Shown here one piece after another: positions 27,007-37,200 of a stretch of 45,204 nt of DNA. The notes below the pieces were generated by a model, which made no database searches, had not been told where the DNA came from, and saw nothing but the letters and a program-made list of their open reading frames with translations. The DNA is taken from sequence record NC_073086.1. The stretch is one strand, 5' to 3'. A program made the position numbers and the translations under genes. Numbering within the stretch: the first letter of the stretch is position 1; every line of letters begins with the position of its first letter. Origin of the DNA: Escherichia phage vB_EcoS_L-h 1M.

Positions 27007-27683
27007 ATGGCTAAAGCACCACTCTTCACACTTGACCCTAAGCCAACCTTTAAGCTGCCGATTGAGATCCCGCGCCCTGGTGAGAACGAACCCGGCAANA
27101 TGACTTTTACCGTCCGCCACCGCCCGATCGACGAGTTTTCGCAGACCATGCAGGACACTGAACGAAAGCTATCGGAATATGACGACAATGACCCGGACGG
27201 CTTTAACGTTATGGTCGAGGCCATCATGCACGTCGCAGAAGGCTGGAATCTGCCGGACGAATTTAACGCGGAGAACGTCCGCCGCCTGGTGGTCAACTAT
27301 CCACGCGCGTTCGGTGTGTTCCACACGTCGTACTATCTCGAACTGATGGGGTTGNGNGAAAAAAACNAATTGAGGNGGCGCGNCGCTTTTNTGGCCCNCC
27401 NCCNCCCTCCGAAGATTGACCCGCAAGTTTATGGGGTGCGGCCCCCGAAGATGTTTGTCCGCCTGTTGCACTATGGCCCGACAACGCGAAGATACTCGCA
27501 GTCTTCACAGATTGCTCCACGCAATGGCGCACCGGATTTGGTGGCGCATACGGCATCGACTACGGCGTGCTGGAGTGGTTATTTAAGATGCACGGTATCG
27601 AAAACGAGCAGCGCGCGTTTAAAGATATCAAGCCGATGGAACGAATCGCGCTTGATGAGATGACGCAGCAGAACCCAGCATAG
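27007..27683 (+). CDS. tail assembly chaperone with C-terminal domain in -1 frame (G/GT-like)
   Basis: N-domain in frame of ATG 27007; slippery heptamer A_AAA_AAC 27360-27366; protein-like C-domain in -1 frame 27420-27683; N-run 27355-27411 between. Confidence 0.5.
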
Positions 27684-27687
27684 TGAA

Positions 27688-28000
27688 GCGGGACAGGCGT
27701 GGCGTCCCGTTTTGTCCCGCCTCTGCAAAACTATGTACCTACTCAATTCCACTGCATTAACTCAAAACGGGACAGGCGGGACGTCCCCCTTTGTCCCGCC
27801 CCTCAAAAGTGAATGGCTATGCGGTTTTTCTGCATTAAACAAACGGGACAGAAAGCGGGACAGAATGAGGCGGGACAAAGCGGGACAGCACCCCTGTCCC
27901 AGTCAGTGCTGCCGCTGGTTTTTGCCGATCGGGACAGGCGGGACAAAGCCCAGTCTTTCANACNANACGGGGGNCAACGGCCCCCCTCGTCTGAGACTGA
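27688..28000 (+). repeat. composite element copy B: expanded GCGGGACA array plus the same stem-loop
   Basis: at least 10 direct and 5 inverted GGGAC units; shares exact 31-mer with copy A; hairpin has N calls. Confidence 0.7.
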
Positions 28001-28067
28001 ATAAGGTTTGTTTTAAAATCGCTGATACAATATCCATCGGCAACTGCATAAAAAAGGGGACTGCATT

Positions 28068-28409
28068 ATGGCAGATCAAGCGGCAGGCATCATGATGAAG
28101 GCTGATGTTGCACAAATCAGAACGGCAAATACTGTGCTGGACTCCTTCGCACAGAAATCCGAGAACACAGAAAACAAGATGAAGAAATTAAACGACACCC
28201 TCGGCAAATCCAAAAAGGTGACGAGTGACGCCGCGGGCGGAATGGAGAAGCTCGCGACTGAATCGCAGCGCGCAGCCGATGGCATGACAAAACAGGAGCG
28301 ACTTGCCAACAGGTTAGGCATGTCGACCAAAAACCTGGGCTTTGCCTCGCGTAACGCCGCATTCCAGTTACAGGATATCGCAGTTACGCTTGAGATGGGG
28401 ATGCCTTGA
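28068..28409 (+). pseudogene. tape measure N-terminal duplicate copy ending in in-frame TGA
   Basis: 113 codons, ~90% identical to 28794 onward; TGA at 28407-28409 where copy 2 has GTG; same frame as downstream ORF. Confidence 0.4.
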
Positions 28410-29519
28410 CACCGCGTCATGCTTCAGCAGTTACCGCAGCTAACTGGGGCGTTCGGCGGACTGGGTAACACGCTGCGTTTTGTTGCGGGCTTCCTCGGCC
28501 CAGTAGGGGTCGGCCTTGCCGCCGTAACGGCAACGTTAGGCGTGGGCGTGGCAATTACGTCCCNCNNGGAGAACNANANCCCCCCGCTTAACAAGACGCT
28601 GGCACTTTCCGGTAACATTTCCGGCCTGACGGCAAACCAGATCCTGGTGCTATCTGAGAACGCCGAGCGCATGGGCGGGTCGTTCCGCAAGACGCGTGAC
28701 ACAATCCAGGCGCTGGCGGCGGCGGGTGTGAAAGCGGGTGGTGACTTCGGCGCACTGGCGAAAGTGGTGAATGACTTTGCGAAGGTGTCCAGCATGGCAG
28801 ATCAGGCAGCGGGCATCACGCTCAAGGCGGACGTCGCGCAAATTAAAACGGCTAATACTGTGCTGGACACATTCGCGCAGAAATCCGAGAACACAGAACA
28901 GAAAGTAAAGAAATTAAACGACACACTCGGCAAGTCGAAAAAGGTTACTGGCGACGCCGCGGGCGGAATGGAAAAGTTAGCGACTGAATCGCAGCGCGCC
29001 GCCGACGGCATGACGAAACAGGAGCGACTAGCCAGCCGATTAGGCATGTCGACCAAAAACCTGGGATTTGCTTCACGGAACGCGGCATTCCAGTTACAGG
29101 ATATTGCGGTAACGCTTGAGATGGGTATGCCGGTGCACCGCGTCATGCTTCAGCAGTTACCACAGCTAACCGGCGCATTCGGCGGATTAGGTAACACGCT
29201 GCGTTATGTTGCGGGCTTCCTCGGCCCAGTAGGGATCGGACTTGCGGCAGTAACGGCGACATTAGGCGTGGGCGTGGCAATCACGTCACGGGCAGAGAAC
29301 CAGGTAGCCGCGCTTAATAAGACGCTGGCGCTGTCCGGTAATATTTCAGGCCTCACAGCTAACCAGATCCTTGTGCTGTCCGAGAACGCTGAGCGCATGG
29401 GCGGGTCATTTCGCAAGACGCGTGACACAATCCAGGCGCTGGCGGCGGCGGGTGTGAAAGCGGGTGGTGACTTCGGCGCATTGGCTAAGGTAGTTAATGA
29501 CTTTGCGAAGGTGTCCAGC
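28068..29519 (+). repeat. 726-bp in-frame tandem duplication at 5' end of tape measure gene
   Basis: 28068-28793 vs 28794-29519, both begin ATGGCAGATCA; ~90% identical, mostly synonymous. Confidence 0.75.
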
Positions 29520-31436
29520 CAGCCGATCGAGGATGTGGTGGCGGCGGTGGCGAAGCTGTCAACCGACCCCGTTGGCGGACTGCGTGCGCTGGCGGATAAG
29601 TATCACGTCGTAAACGAAGCGCAGATCCAGCAGGTACAGTCGCTCGTTGATGCGGGTCGTGAGACAGACGCAGTTGCGTTGGCTAACAAAACAGCCGCTG
29701 CGTCGTTCACCAGTATGACCAATGAGATCAAGGCGAACATGGGTACGCTTGAGCGATCTATGAACGTCGTCACATCGGCAGCCAAATCAATGTGGGATGC
29801 CATCCTGGATGTGGGCCGCGCGCAGTCCTCCAATGAGTCCGAGATGAAAGCGCGCGAATCACTACAGCGCATGACCACGGCTTACTATGCCGAGATGAAA
29901 GCGGTAAACGCTGCCGGTGGGGTAATGACTGAAGCGCAGAAAGCACGTATTAACATGCTTTACAGCGAACTGGTCGCCCAGGAAAAAGTGGTGGCGTCGC
30001 TCACCCTGCGTAACCGTGCTGAGCGAGACAACGCCCGCGCCGCAGACGAATCCGCAAAGGCGAACGAGGAGGCCAACCGCACTGCCCGTGACCGCGCCGC
30101 GTTCGAGAAGGAATACGCCACCAACGCTAAGAAGCGCGCCGACGAGATCGCCCGCCTCAATTTGCTGAATAAGCGCGGCGTTATTGATGAGAAAGAACTA
30201 GCCGAGGCGGTGAAGCAGGTAAACGAGCGGTACAAAGACCCAGCCCCGAAAAAGGCCGCGGCTGTTCGCGTGGATGCCGGTATGAAAATGCTGGAAGTCG
30301 CACGGAGCGAACTGGCCCAGCTTCGAGAATCCGGCAAGCAGATCGAAGCCAACGCGTCTACGCAGACCCGCACGCAACGCGCTCAAGCGGCCTTAAACAA
30401 GCTGATCGCCGACAATGAGCAGTTAATCGCTGCGAGCAAAGAAAGAGCGCTAACGGCAGCAGAAAAGCAGCAATTAGTCGAGTTCGGGCGCGTGAAGGAA
30501 GTCCGCGAGCAGATCGTCGAAGAAGCCAAATTGCTGGATGCGAAAGAGCAGCAGGTTAAGGCGCACGCGCAGATCGATGCCTTCGTTAAGAACCAGAACG
30601 CCGAACTAAAAGCCACCGCCGCGGGGTATGCGCTTTCCACTCGCGAAGCGGCAAACCTGCGCGAAGAATTGCAGCTAATTGACCGCCTGAAGCGGGTTGG
30701 CGCTAACGATACCGATATTGACAAGGCGGTGTCTAAGCTGCGAGAAGTGCAGGAAGCACAGACCGGCGCTAACGCCTCGTTATGGGATGGATTCAGTCGC
30801 GGGCTTAAGGATAGCGTGGATGAAATGGGTAACGGATATACGCAGATGGCGTCGCTCACGAAATTTACATTCAGCGCTATGCAGGACACGATGAACGAGT
30901 TTTTCGAGACTGGTAAGCTGAACGCAAAGGATATGGTTAAGTCCATCCTGAGCGAATTAATCAAGCTGGCTACCTCGCAGGCGTTCAAGTCCATCGTTAG
31001 CGCTTTCGGTGGTGACGGCGGCAAAAACGGATTGTTCGGCGCTATCTTCTCTGGCCTCACTAAGAATGCGGACGGCGGAGCGTACACAGGCGGCAATCTC
31101 GCGGCCTATTCGGGGAAAGTGGTAAGCCAGCCTACCTTTTTCAGTTATGGCGTCCAGGCGTTCGCTAAGGGCGCTGGGTTGATGGGTGAGGCTGGACCCG
31201 AGGCCATCATGCCACTGAAGCGCGGGCCGGACGGGAAACTGGGCGTTGCCGCGTCTGGCGCAGGCGGTGGTATGGTCGTGACGACTAACGTTTACACGGG
31301 GACCGGTAAGACGGACACCAGTGTTAGCGGGCCAGACCCACGTACCGCGCAGGCGTTCGGCAAGCAAATCACCGAGGCGGTGAAGTCCGAGATCGTGAAA
31401 GCGACTAAACCAGGTGGTGTACTTTACAAACGATGA
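28419..31436 (+). CDS. tail tape measure protein
   Basis: 1005 aa, Ala-rich and coiled-coil-like; between chaperone and tail-tip genes; may start at 28794 or 28068. Confidence 0.8.
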   Translation: MLQQLPQLTGAFGGLGNTLRFVAGFLGPVGVGLAAVTATLGVGVAITSXXENXXPPLNKTLALSGNISGLTANQILVLSENAERMGGSFRKTRDTIQALAAAGVKAGGDFGALAKVVNDFAKVSSMADQAAGITLKADVAQIKTANTVLDTFAQKSENTEQKVKKLNDTLGKSKKVTGDAAGGMEKLATESQRAADGMTKQERLASRLGMSTKNLGFASRNAAFQLQDIAVTLEMGMPVHRVMLQQLPQLTGAFGGLGNTLRYVAGFLGPVGIGLAAVTATLGVGVAITSRAENQVAALNKTLALSGNISGLTANQILVLSENAERMGGSFRKTRDTIQALAAAGVKAGGDFGALAKVVNDFAKVSSQPIEDVVAAVAKLSTDPVGGLRALADKYHVVNEAQIQQVQSLVDAGRETDAVALANKTAAASFTSMTNEIKANMGTLERSMNVVTSAAKSMWDAILDVGRAQSSNESEMKARESLQRMTTAYYAEMKAVNAAGGVMTEAQKARINMLYSELVAQEKVVASLTLRNRAERDNARAADESAKANEEANRTARDRAAFEKEYATNAKKRADEIARLNLLNKRGVIDEKELAEAVKQVNERYKDPAPKKAAAVRVDAGMKMLEVARSELAQLRESGKQIEANASTQTRTQRAQAALNKLIADNEQLIAASKERALTAAEKQQLVEFGRVKEVREQIVEEAKLLDAKEQQVKAHAQIDAFVKNQNAELKATAAGYALSTREAANLREELQLIDRLKRVGANDTDIDKAVSKLREVQEAQTGANASLWDGFSRGLKDSVDEMGNGYTQMASLTKFTFSAMQDTMNEFFETGKLNAKDMVKSILSELIKLATSQAFKSIVSAFGGDGGKNGLFGAIFSGLTKNADGGAYTGGNLAAYSGKVVSQPTFFSYGVQAFAKGAGLMGEAGPEAIMPLKRGPDGKLGVAASGAGGGMVVTTNVYTGTGKTDTSVSGPDPRTAQAFGKQITEAVKSEIVKATKPGGVLYKR

Positions 31437-31473
31437 GGCGCGATCGGCGCGGGCCATCACTATTTTCACTACT
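31437..31473 (+). repeat. ~37-bp direct repeat, copy 1 (copy 2 at 32161-32199)
   Basis: GGCGCGATCGGCGCGGG...CACTATTTTCACTACT directly after tape measure stop; second copy inside L-like gene. Confidence 0.5.
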
Positions 31474-32073
31474 ATGTCACAAGGTACAATCACACTAACG
31501 AAAGGAAGTAAGACCGTCACGGGCGCGGGAACGGCGTTCTTGAGCGGGGTCGGGAAGGTACGCGTATTCGCCCGCATCGAAGGCAACGACTACACCGGAA
31601 AAATTGCGGCATTCAACTCTAACACCGTCATCACCCTGGCGGATAACTGGGCCGGTCCAACGAAATCCGGTGCGGTGTATGAGCTAATCGAAGCACACGA
31701 CCCGCGATCAAACGAATGGCCCTATTACTGGCACATGCAATTGCAAGGAGGCGGCGACGTGCAGTTAGCTTTCCGGTCGGAGGAATTGCAATTCGGTAAT
31801 GGCTACGGTCAGAACATCGCGGACGGCCCGAACGCCGAAACGAAACAGTTCCCCGTGCAATTCGTCGGGCTGACTACTGACAAATGGTGCGACCCTAAGC
31901 TGGTTTACAACTTCCTTCGCGGGCACTTTGTAAAACCGTTCATCGTCACCGCGCCGGATGGCGAGACAGGTTTATTCGTGGTCGAGCGTTCGAGCTTGTC
32001 GTACACTGACAACGGGCACTACACGGCAACGGTATCCGCCACCCTTAAAACAGCTATTGGATTCGTAAGATGA
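31474..32073 (+). CDS. minor tail protein, lambda M-like C-terminal half with N-terminal extension
   Basis: 'FGNGYGQNIADGPNAETKQFPV' parallels lambda gpM 'FGDGYSQRAPAGLNANLKTYSV'; ATG 31474. Confidence 0.5.
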   Translation: MSQGTITLTKGSKTVTGAGTAFLSGVGKVRVFARIEGNDYTGKIAAFNSNTVITLADNWAGPTKSGAVYELIEAHDPRSNEWPYYWHMQLQGGGDVQLAFRSEELQFGNGYGQNIADGPNAETKQFPVQFVGLTTDKWCDPKLVYNFLRGHFVKPFIVTAPDGETGLFVVERSSLSYTDNGHYTATVSATLKTAIGFVR

Positions 32074-32858
32074 ATAAACTCTATCGTGAAGCAACGCGCT
32101 TTGACCCATCGGGCCGCGTTCGCCTGATTCACATTGACGCGCAGGACGTGGAACCCGGCGACGGCGCGATCGGCGCGGGGCACCACTATTTTCACTACTG
32201 CTTTATTCCGCACACTGCCGAGGATATTGCTGCCGCTGGGGGTGACGAAGATAAGCTAAAACCTAAATCAATCTTCTTCGGCGGGCAGGAGTTCGAATTT
32301 TGGCCCTTCGATTTGTCCGGCCTCAACTTCTCCACATCAACGGCAGCAGAACCGCGGCTGACCATTGTCGATATTGGCGGAATTATCACCCGGCTGTCGC
32401 TGAACCACGACCAGCTACTGGGGGCGAAGGTTGAGATCATTGATACGTTCGCGAAGTTCCTGGATAACGGGACAGACCCAGACCCGACGCAGAAACGAGT
32501 TCAGGAGTATTACATCGACTCGCAGGTCGGGCGCAATCCGGGCAAGCAAATCACCTTCGCACTATCCTCACCTGCGGATATGGAAGGGCAGGTCGTTCCA
32601 CGTCGCCAAATCATGAACATGTGCGAATGGGCGCTCAACGGGAAGTACGCCAGCGGGGACGGTTGCACTTGGAACCTTGCGCAGCCAGGCATCAAGTATT
32701 ACGACGAACGCGGAAACGAAGTCATCGCAATGAATATGGACCGATGCGGCGGCTGTTTGTCTGATTGTTATCTTCGTTTCGGGCAAGGGCTTGCGGACCC
32801 TAAAGCTGCGGTGCTGGACTTCGGTGGTTTTCCTGGGTCCAAATTAATCAAGGGGTAG
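32070..32858 (+). CDS. minor tail protein L-like
   Basis: 262 aa; C-terminal Cys cluster 'RCGGCLSDC'; position between M and K homologues. Confidence 0.7.
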   Translation: MNKLYREATRFDPSGRVRLIHIDAQDVEPGDGAIGAGHHYFHYCFIPHTAEDIAAAGGDEDKLKPKSIFFGGQEFEFWPFDLSGLNFSTSTAAEPRLTIVDIGGIITRLSLNHDQLLGAKVEIIDTFAKFLDNGTDPDPTQKRVQEYYIDSQVGRNPGKQITFALSSPADMEGQVVPRRQIMNMCEWALNGKYASGDGCTWNLAQPGIKYYDERGNEVIAMNMDRCGGCLSDCYLRFGQGLADPKAAVLDFGGFPGSKLIKG

Positions 32859-32860
32859 TC

Positions 32861-33601
32861 ATGTTAACGCAAAAGGTTAAAAGCGATATCGCCGCGCACG
32901 TTGCGGCATGTCTGCCTGAAGAAGCCTGTGGGCTGGTCGTCATGGTAGGCCGCAAACAAGTATTCGTCCCATGTCTGAACGTATTCGAAGACCCGACCGG
33001 CGTGCGCTCACGCAAAGACGCGTTCACGATTAGTGATATGGCCTGGATGGATGCGGAGGATATGGGCGACGTCGTGCGCGTAGTCCACTCTCATCCGGGC
33101 CAGCGCGAGCTTACCCCATCACTGGGCGACGTTAATGGATGCAACGGCAGCGGCGTAGTCTGGACCATCACTAACGAATATGGCGACTTTATCGAGATCG
33201 ACCCTGAAGACCCGCCGCTGGTAGGGCGTCGATTTGTTCTCGGAATTACGGATTGTTACGGCCTCGTCATGGACTGGCACAAAAAGCAGGGAGTAAACCT
33301 GCCAGACTTCCGCGTGCCATATAACTGGTGGGAGACAGGCGAAAATCTGTATATGGATAATTGGTACGGCGCGGGCTTCAGGGAGTGTGAGGAAAATACG
33401 CCGGGGGCGATGGTCATCATGCAGATTAGCGCGCCAGTGCCTAACCATGCCGGAATCTACCTTCCGGGCAACCAACTACTACACCACATCTACGGCAGCC
33501 TGTCGAGCGTGGTCCCCTTCCGGGCAGGATTTTTCCGGGACAATGTGGTTAAATGGGTACGTCATAAAGACCTACCGGGGAATATCACAGAATGGCAATG
33601 A
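32861..33601 (+). CDS. tail assembly protein K-like (JAB/MPN + NlpC/P60)
   Basis: JAMM motif 'HSHPGQRELTPSLGD'; Cys/His pair 'ITDCYG...NHAG'. Confidence 0.7.
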   Translation: MLTQKVKSDIAAHVAACLPEEACGLVVMVGRKQVFVPCLNVFEDPTGVRSRKDAFTISDMAWMDAEDMGDVVRVVHSHPGQRELTPSLGDVNGCNGSGVVWTITNEYGDFIEIDPEDPPLVGRRFVLGITDCYGLVMDWHKKQGVNLPDFRVPYNWWETGENLYMDNWYGAGFRECEENTPGAMVIMQISAPVPNHAGIYLPGNQLLHHIYGSLSSVVPFRAGFFRDNVVKWVRHKDLPGNITEWQ

Positions 33602-34209
33602 CAACGTTTAAATTGTACGGCGTCTTGGGGCGTCGATTCGGTAAAGTGCATAAGCTGGACTGCTTCACTCCGGGCGAGGGTATCACCGGCCTGTGTGTGA
33701 AGTTACCCGGCTTACAGGACTTTCTAATGTCGGCCCACCTGGACAATATGATGTTCAAAGTGCGCAAGGGCAACCACACAATGACCGGTTATGATGAGCT
33801 TGGAGAGTTCCACGGCAACCGCGTAGTTACCATCGCTCCGGTTATGACTGGCGCAAAAAGAGGATTGGGCCAATTGCTGGCGGGTGTCGCGATCGTAGTG
33901 GCGTCGTTCTATACGGGCGGACTTGCTACTGCCGCTTTCGGGGCTTCGGCGGCAACCGCTGCCGCTATCGGTACGGCTACATTTTCGTTCGGCATGTCAC
34001 TTGCGCTGGGCGGTGCTATGCAATTGCTGTCCCCACAGCCGAAAGGATTGCAGACACGGCAGGACGTGGATAACAAAGCGTCGTATGCGTTCGGCGGGCC
34101 GGTAAACACGACCGCGCAAGGTACGGCACTTGGTGTATTATGGGGTGAGCGTGAGATCGGCGGCGCTATTATTTCAGCCGGAATCGTAACCGAGGATTTG
34201 AACGAATGA
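33592..34209 (+). CDS. tail assembly protein I-like
   Basis: 205 aa; Gly/Ala-rich hydrophobic C-terminal half; position before J. Confidence 0.6.
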   Translation: MAMTTFKLYGVLGRRFGKVHKLDCFTPGEGITGLCVKLPGLQDFLMSAHLDNMMFKVRKGNHTMTGYDELGEFHGNRVVTIAPVMTGAKRGLGQLLAGVAIVVASFYTGGLATAAFGASAATAAAIGTATFSFGMSLALGGAMQLLSPQPKGLQTRQDVDNKASYAFGGPVNTTAQGTALGVLWGEREIGGAIISAGIVTEDLNE

Positions 34210-37200
34210 CGATTGTCTATGACGTCACAGGCCATAAAGGCGGCGGTGGCAAACAGCACACCCCACAGGAGACACCCGATAGCCTGCATTCGCTGGCTAA
34301 AATCCGCATCTTGCTCGCGCTGGGAGAAGGTGAGTTCGAAGGTATTCCAGACCCTAACGAATTACGGCGGCGCGTATATCTGGACGGAACACCGATCCAG
34401 AATGCAGACCTGTCTGAAAACTTCCCTGGGGCGCGTGTGGAGTTCCGCCCCGGAACACAGCACCAGGATGTGATCCACGGATTTTCAGCGGTGGAAAGTG
34501 AGCAATCTGTCGGTGTAAAACTGGAAAACGGTACGCCGTGGGTGCGCCAGATTAACGATACCAGTCTGGACGCCGTGCGCATTCGTATCGGTAATCCGGC
34601 CCTGTACACTAACGAAGATAATGGCGACCTGGTGGGTGGGCGCATCGACTATAAGTTCGTTGTGTATACGGATAACGCCGACCCGCGTGAGTTTACCTTC
34701 GCTGCCGTTGGTAAAACAATGTCTCTATACGAGCGCGATCACCGCATCGAGCTACCGCCGAACGTTAACACCGGCTGGCGCGTGGAGGTGCACCGCATAA
34801 CGGCGAACTCCACATCGGCAAAAGTGGATAACGATATCCAGGTGCATTCTATTACTGAGATTATCGACGCCCGTCTTCGCTACCCGCTAACCGCGCTGTT
34901 GTTCGTGGAGTTCGACGCTAAAGCGTTCCAGAACATCCCGCGCGTGTCCATCAAGTGCAAAGGCCGCAAAGTTCTAATACCGAACAACTATGACCCGATT
35001 AATCATACCTATTCGGGGGACTGGGACGGCACGTTTAAACGCGCATGGACGGATAACCCTGCGTGGCACTGGTACGATATTTGTATTACGGAACGCTTCG
35101 GCCTCGGTCGCCGGATCAAACCGCAAATGCTGAACCGGTACGCGCTCTACCAGATTGCGCAGCGCTGCGATCAACTGGTCAGCGACGGCAACGGTGGTCG
35201 AGAAATCCGCTTTAAGAATGATATGTACATTCAGTCACAGACGGATGCCTGGACCGTGCTTAAGGATTTGGCTGCCATCTTCGCCGGAATGACCTGGTGG
35301 GGTAACCAGATGTTGAATATCGTCAGTGACCAACCGGTAGCCGCGGTGTCACACACTATCACCAACGCATCTGTTATTGATGGGCGATTCGACTACGCAT
35401 CTGGAAGCCAGAAAACGCGGTATTCCACTTTCGCGGTAGCCTACGGCAACCCGAAAAACCACTATGATGATGCCATCGCAACGGGCCAACGTGTCGAACT
35501 GGTACGCCGCCATAAGATTAACCGTCTTGATATCACGGCGATCGGCTGTACGCGCGAGTCAGAAGCGCAACGCCGGGGGCACTGGGCGCTAATATCCAAC
35601 CAGCTTGACCAGCAGGTCAGCTTCAAGGTTGGCATGGAAGGTCTATTCTTTATTCCGGGTAGCGTAGTCGCGATCGCAGATACTAATATTTCTGGCGGAT
35701 TCGAGACTCGCGGCGGTCGCCTGTTGTCAGACCCTGGCACGCGTACCGTGCTTAACACAGACAGCGAAATCACATTCCGCCCTGGTGATAAGTTCCTGGT
35801 ACGCACCGATAGCGGAAATGTGGAGACTCGCGAGATCGCCAGCGTCAACGGCAACAAGGTCACTCTAAAAACCGCACTGGATGCCGACCCGATTCCAGAC
35901 CAACCGTTTTGCGTTGATGGCGATGATATCCAGTTGCAGAAATTCCGCATCACCGATCTGGAATATGACGACTCTACCAGCACTTTCTCGGTGCGCGGGA
36001 TTGAATACAACGATAGCAAGTATGATGCCGTTGATAATGGCGCTCGCCTTGATCCTGGTATCTTCACGCAAGTGCCTGATGGTGTAATGAAGGGGCCGGA
36101 ATCCGTGACCATCACCACGTCGCAGATTTCATCGCAAGGACAGCTAATCACCAACGTGGATATTGTTTTCCCGCCGGTGAAAGATGCCGTGGTGTATGAA
36201 ATCCAGTGGAGGCGTACTAGCCTGCAGAATATGGCGATCCAGTGGGGTAACGACTGGGTGAATATCCCACGCACGGCGTCGAATGGGGCACACATCCCTA
36301 ACGTGTTCTCCGGTAACTATCAGGCACGCGTCCGCGCAATTGGCATGGGCGAGATATCATCCCCGTGGGTGTCTTCCGCGATCACGCCGGTGGAAGGTCG
36401 CCTCGGCGGGCTTAACGCACCAATCATCACCAGCGCGATTTCGGGTCTGCATCAAATTCTATGGAAGTGGAACCACAACAACGCCGCTACGGATATCTCA
36501 TACACCGAGCTTGAAGTGCGCAAGACGGGTGAGGCAGAATGGAAATTCTTAACAAACGTCCCATACCCTGGCGCGGAGTATGCGCAAACGTCGCTGGAGT
36601 TCGGAATTTACCAGCAGTTGCGCGCCCGTGTAGCGGATAAAATCGGCAACCTGTCGGACTGGTCGGCCCCGTTTGAAGGGCAGGTGAGCGACAAAGTTGA
36701 CGAGTACATGAAGGGGCTTGATGACGAGTTCTTGACTTCCGAGGATGGTAAACACTTCCAGGAAGCAATCGACACCATTCCTCAAGGCATTTATGAGTCT
36801 ATGCTAACGGACGCACAGCAATTGATTAACGCCCGCTCCGAGTATCAAGGGATTTATGCGGAAATCAAGGTGGCGTATAACGTTGCCACGGACGCCCACA
36901 AGGCAGTAGCGCAACTGGAAACGTTGATCGGCACACGACTTGATGATGCGGAGGCGTCAATCCACACGTTGCAGACAGCGCAAAGCACGCACGAACAAGC
37001 GTTCGCCCAGTACCAACAAACTGTCGCCGCTAAGTTTGGGGAACAGGAAGCCGCCATCCAGCAGGTACAAACGGCAACGGCAGACGTAGCTGGCGCACTG
37101 GCGGAGTACAAGACCCAGGTCGCGGCACAGTTCGGTCAGCAGTCTGCCGCTATCGAGCAGAAGATGACGTCTTCGTTTAACCATGCTGGTGGCAGCGCCA

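Noticed and set aside
28424-31096. Antisense ORFs within tape measure, J, polymerase and primase genes
   Set aside because: They are embedded opposite long, strongly supported genes in GC-rich DNA where spurious open frames are common.
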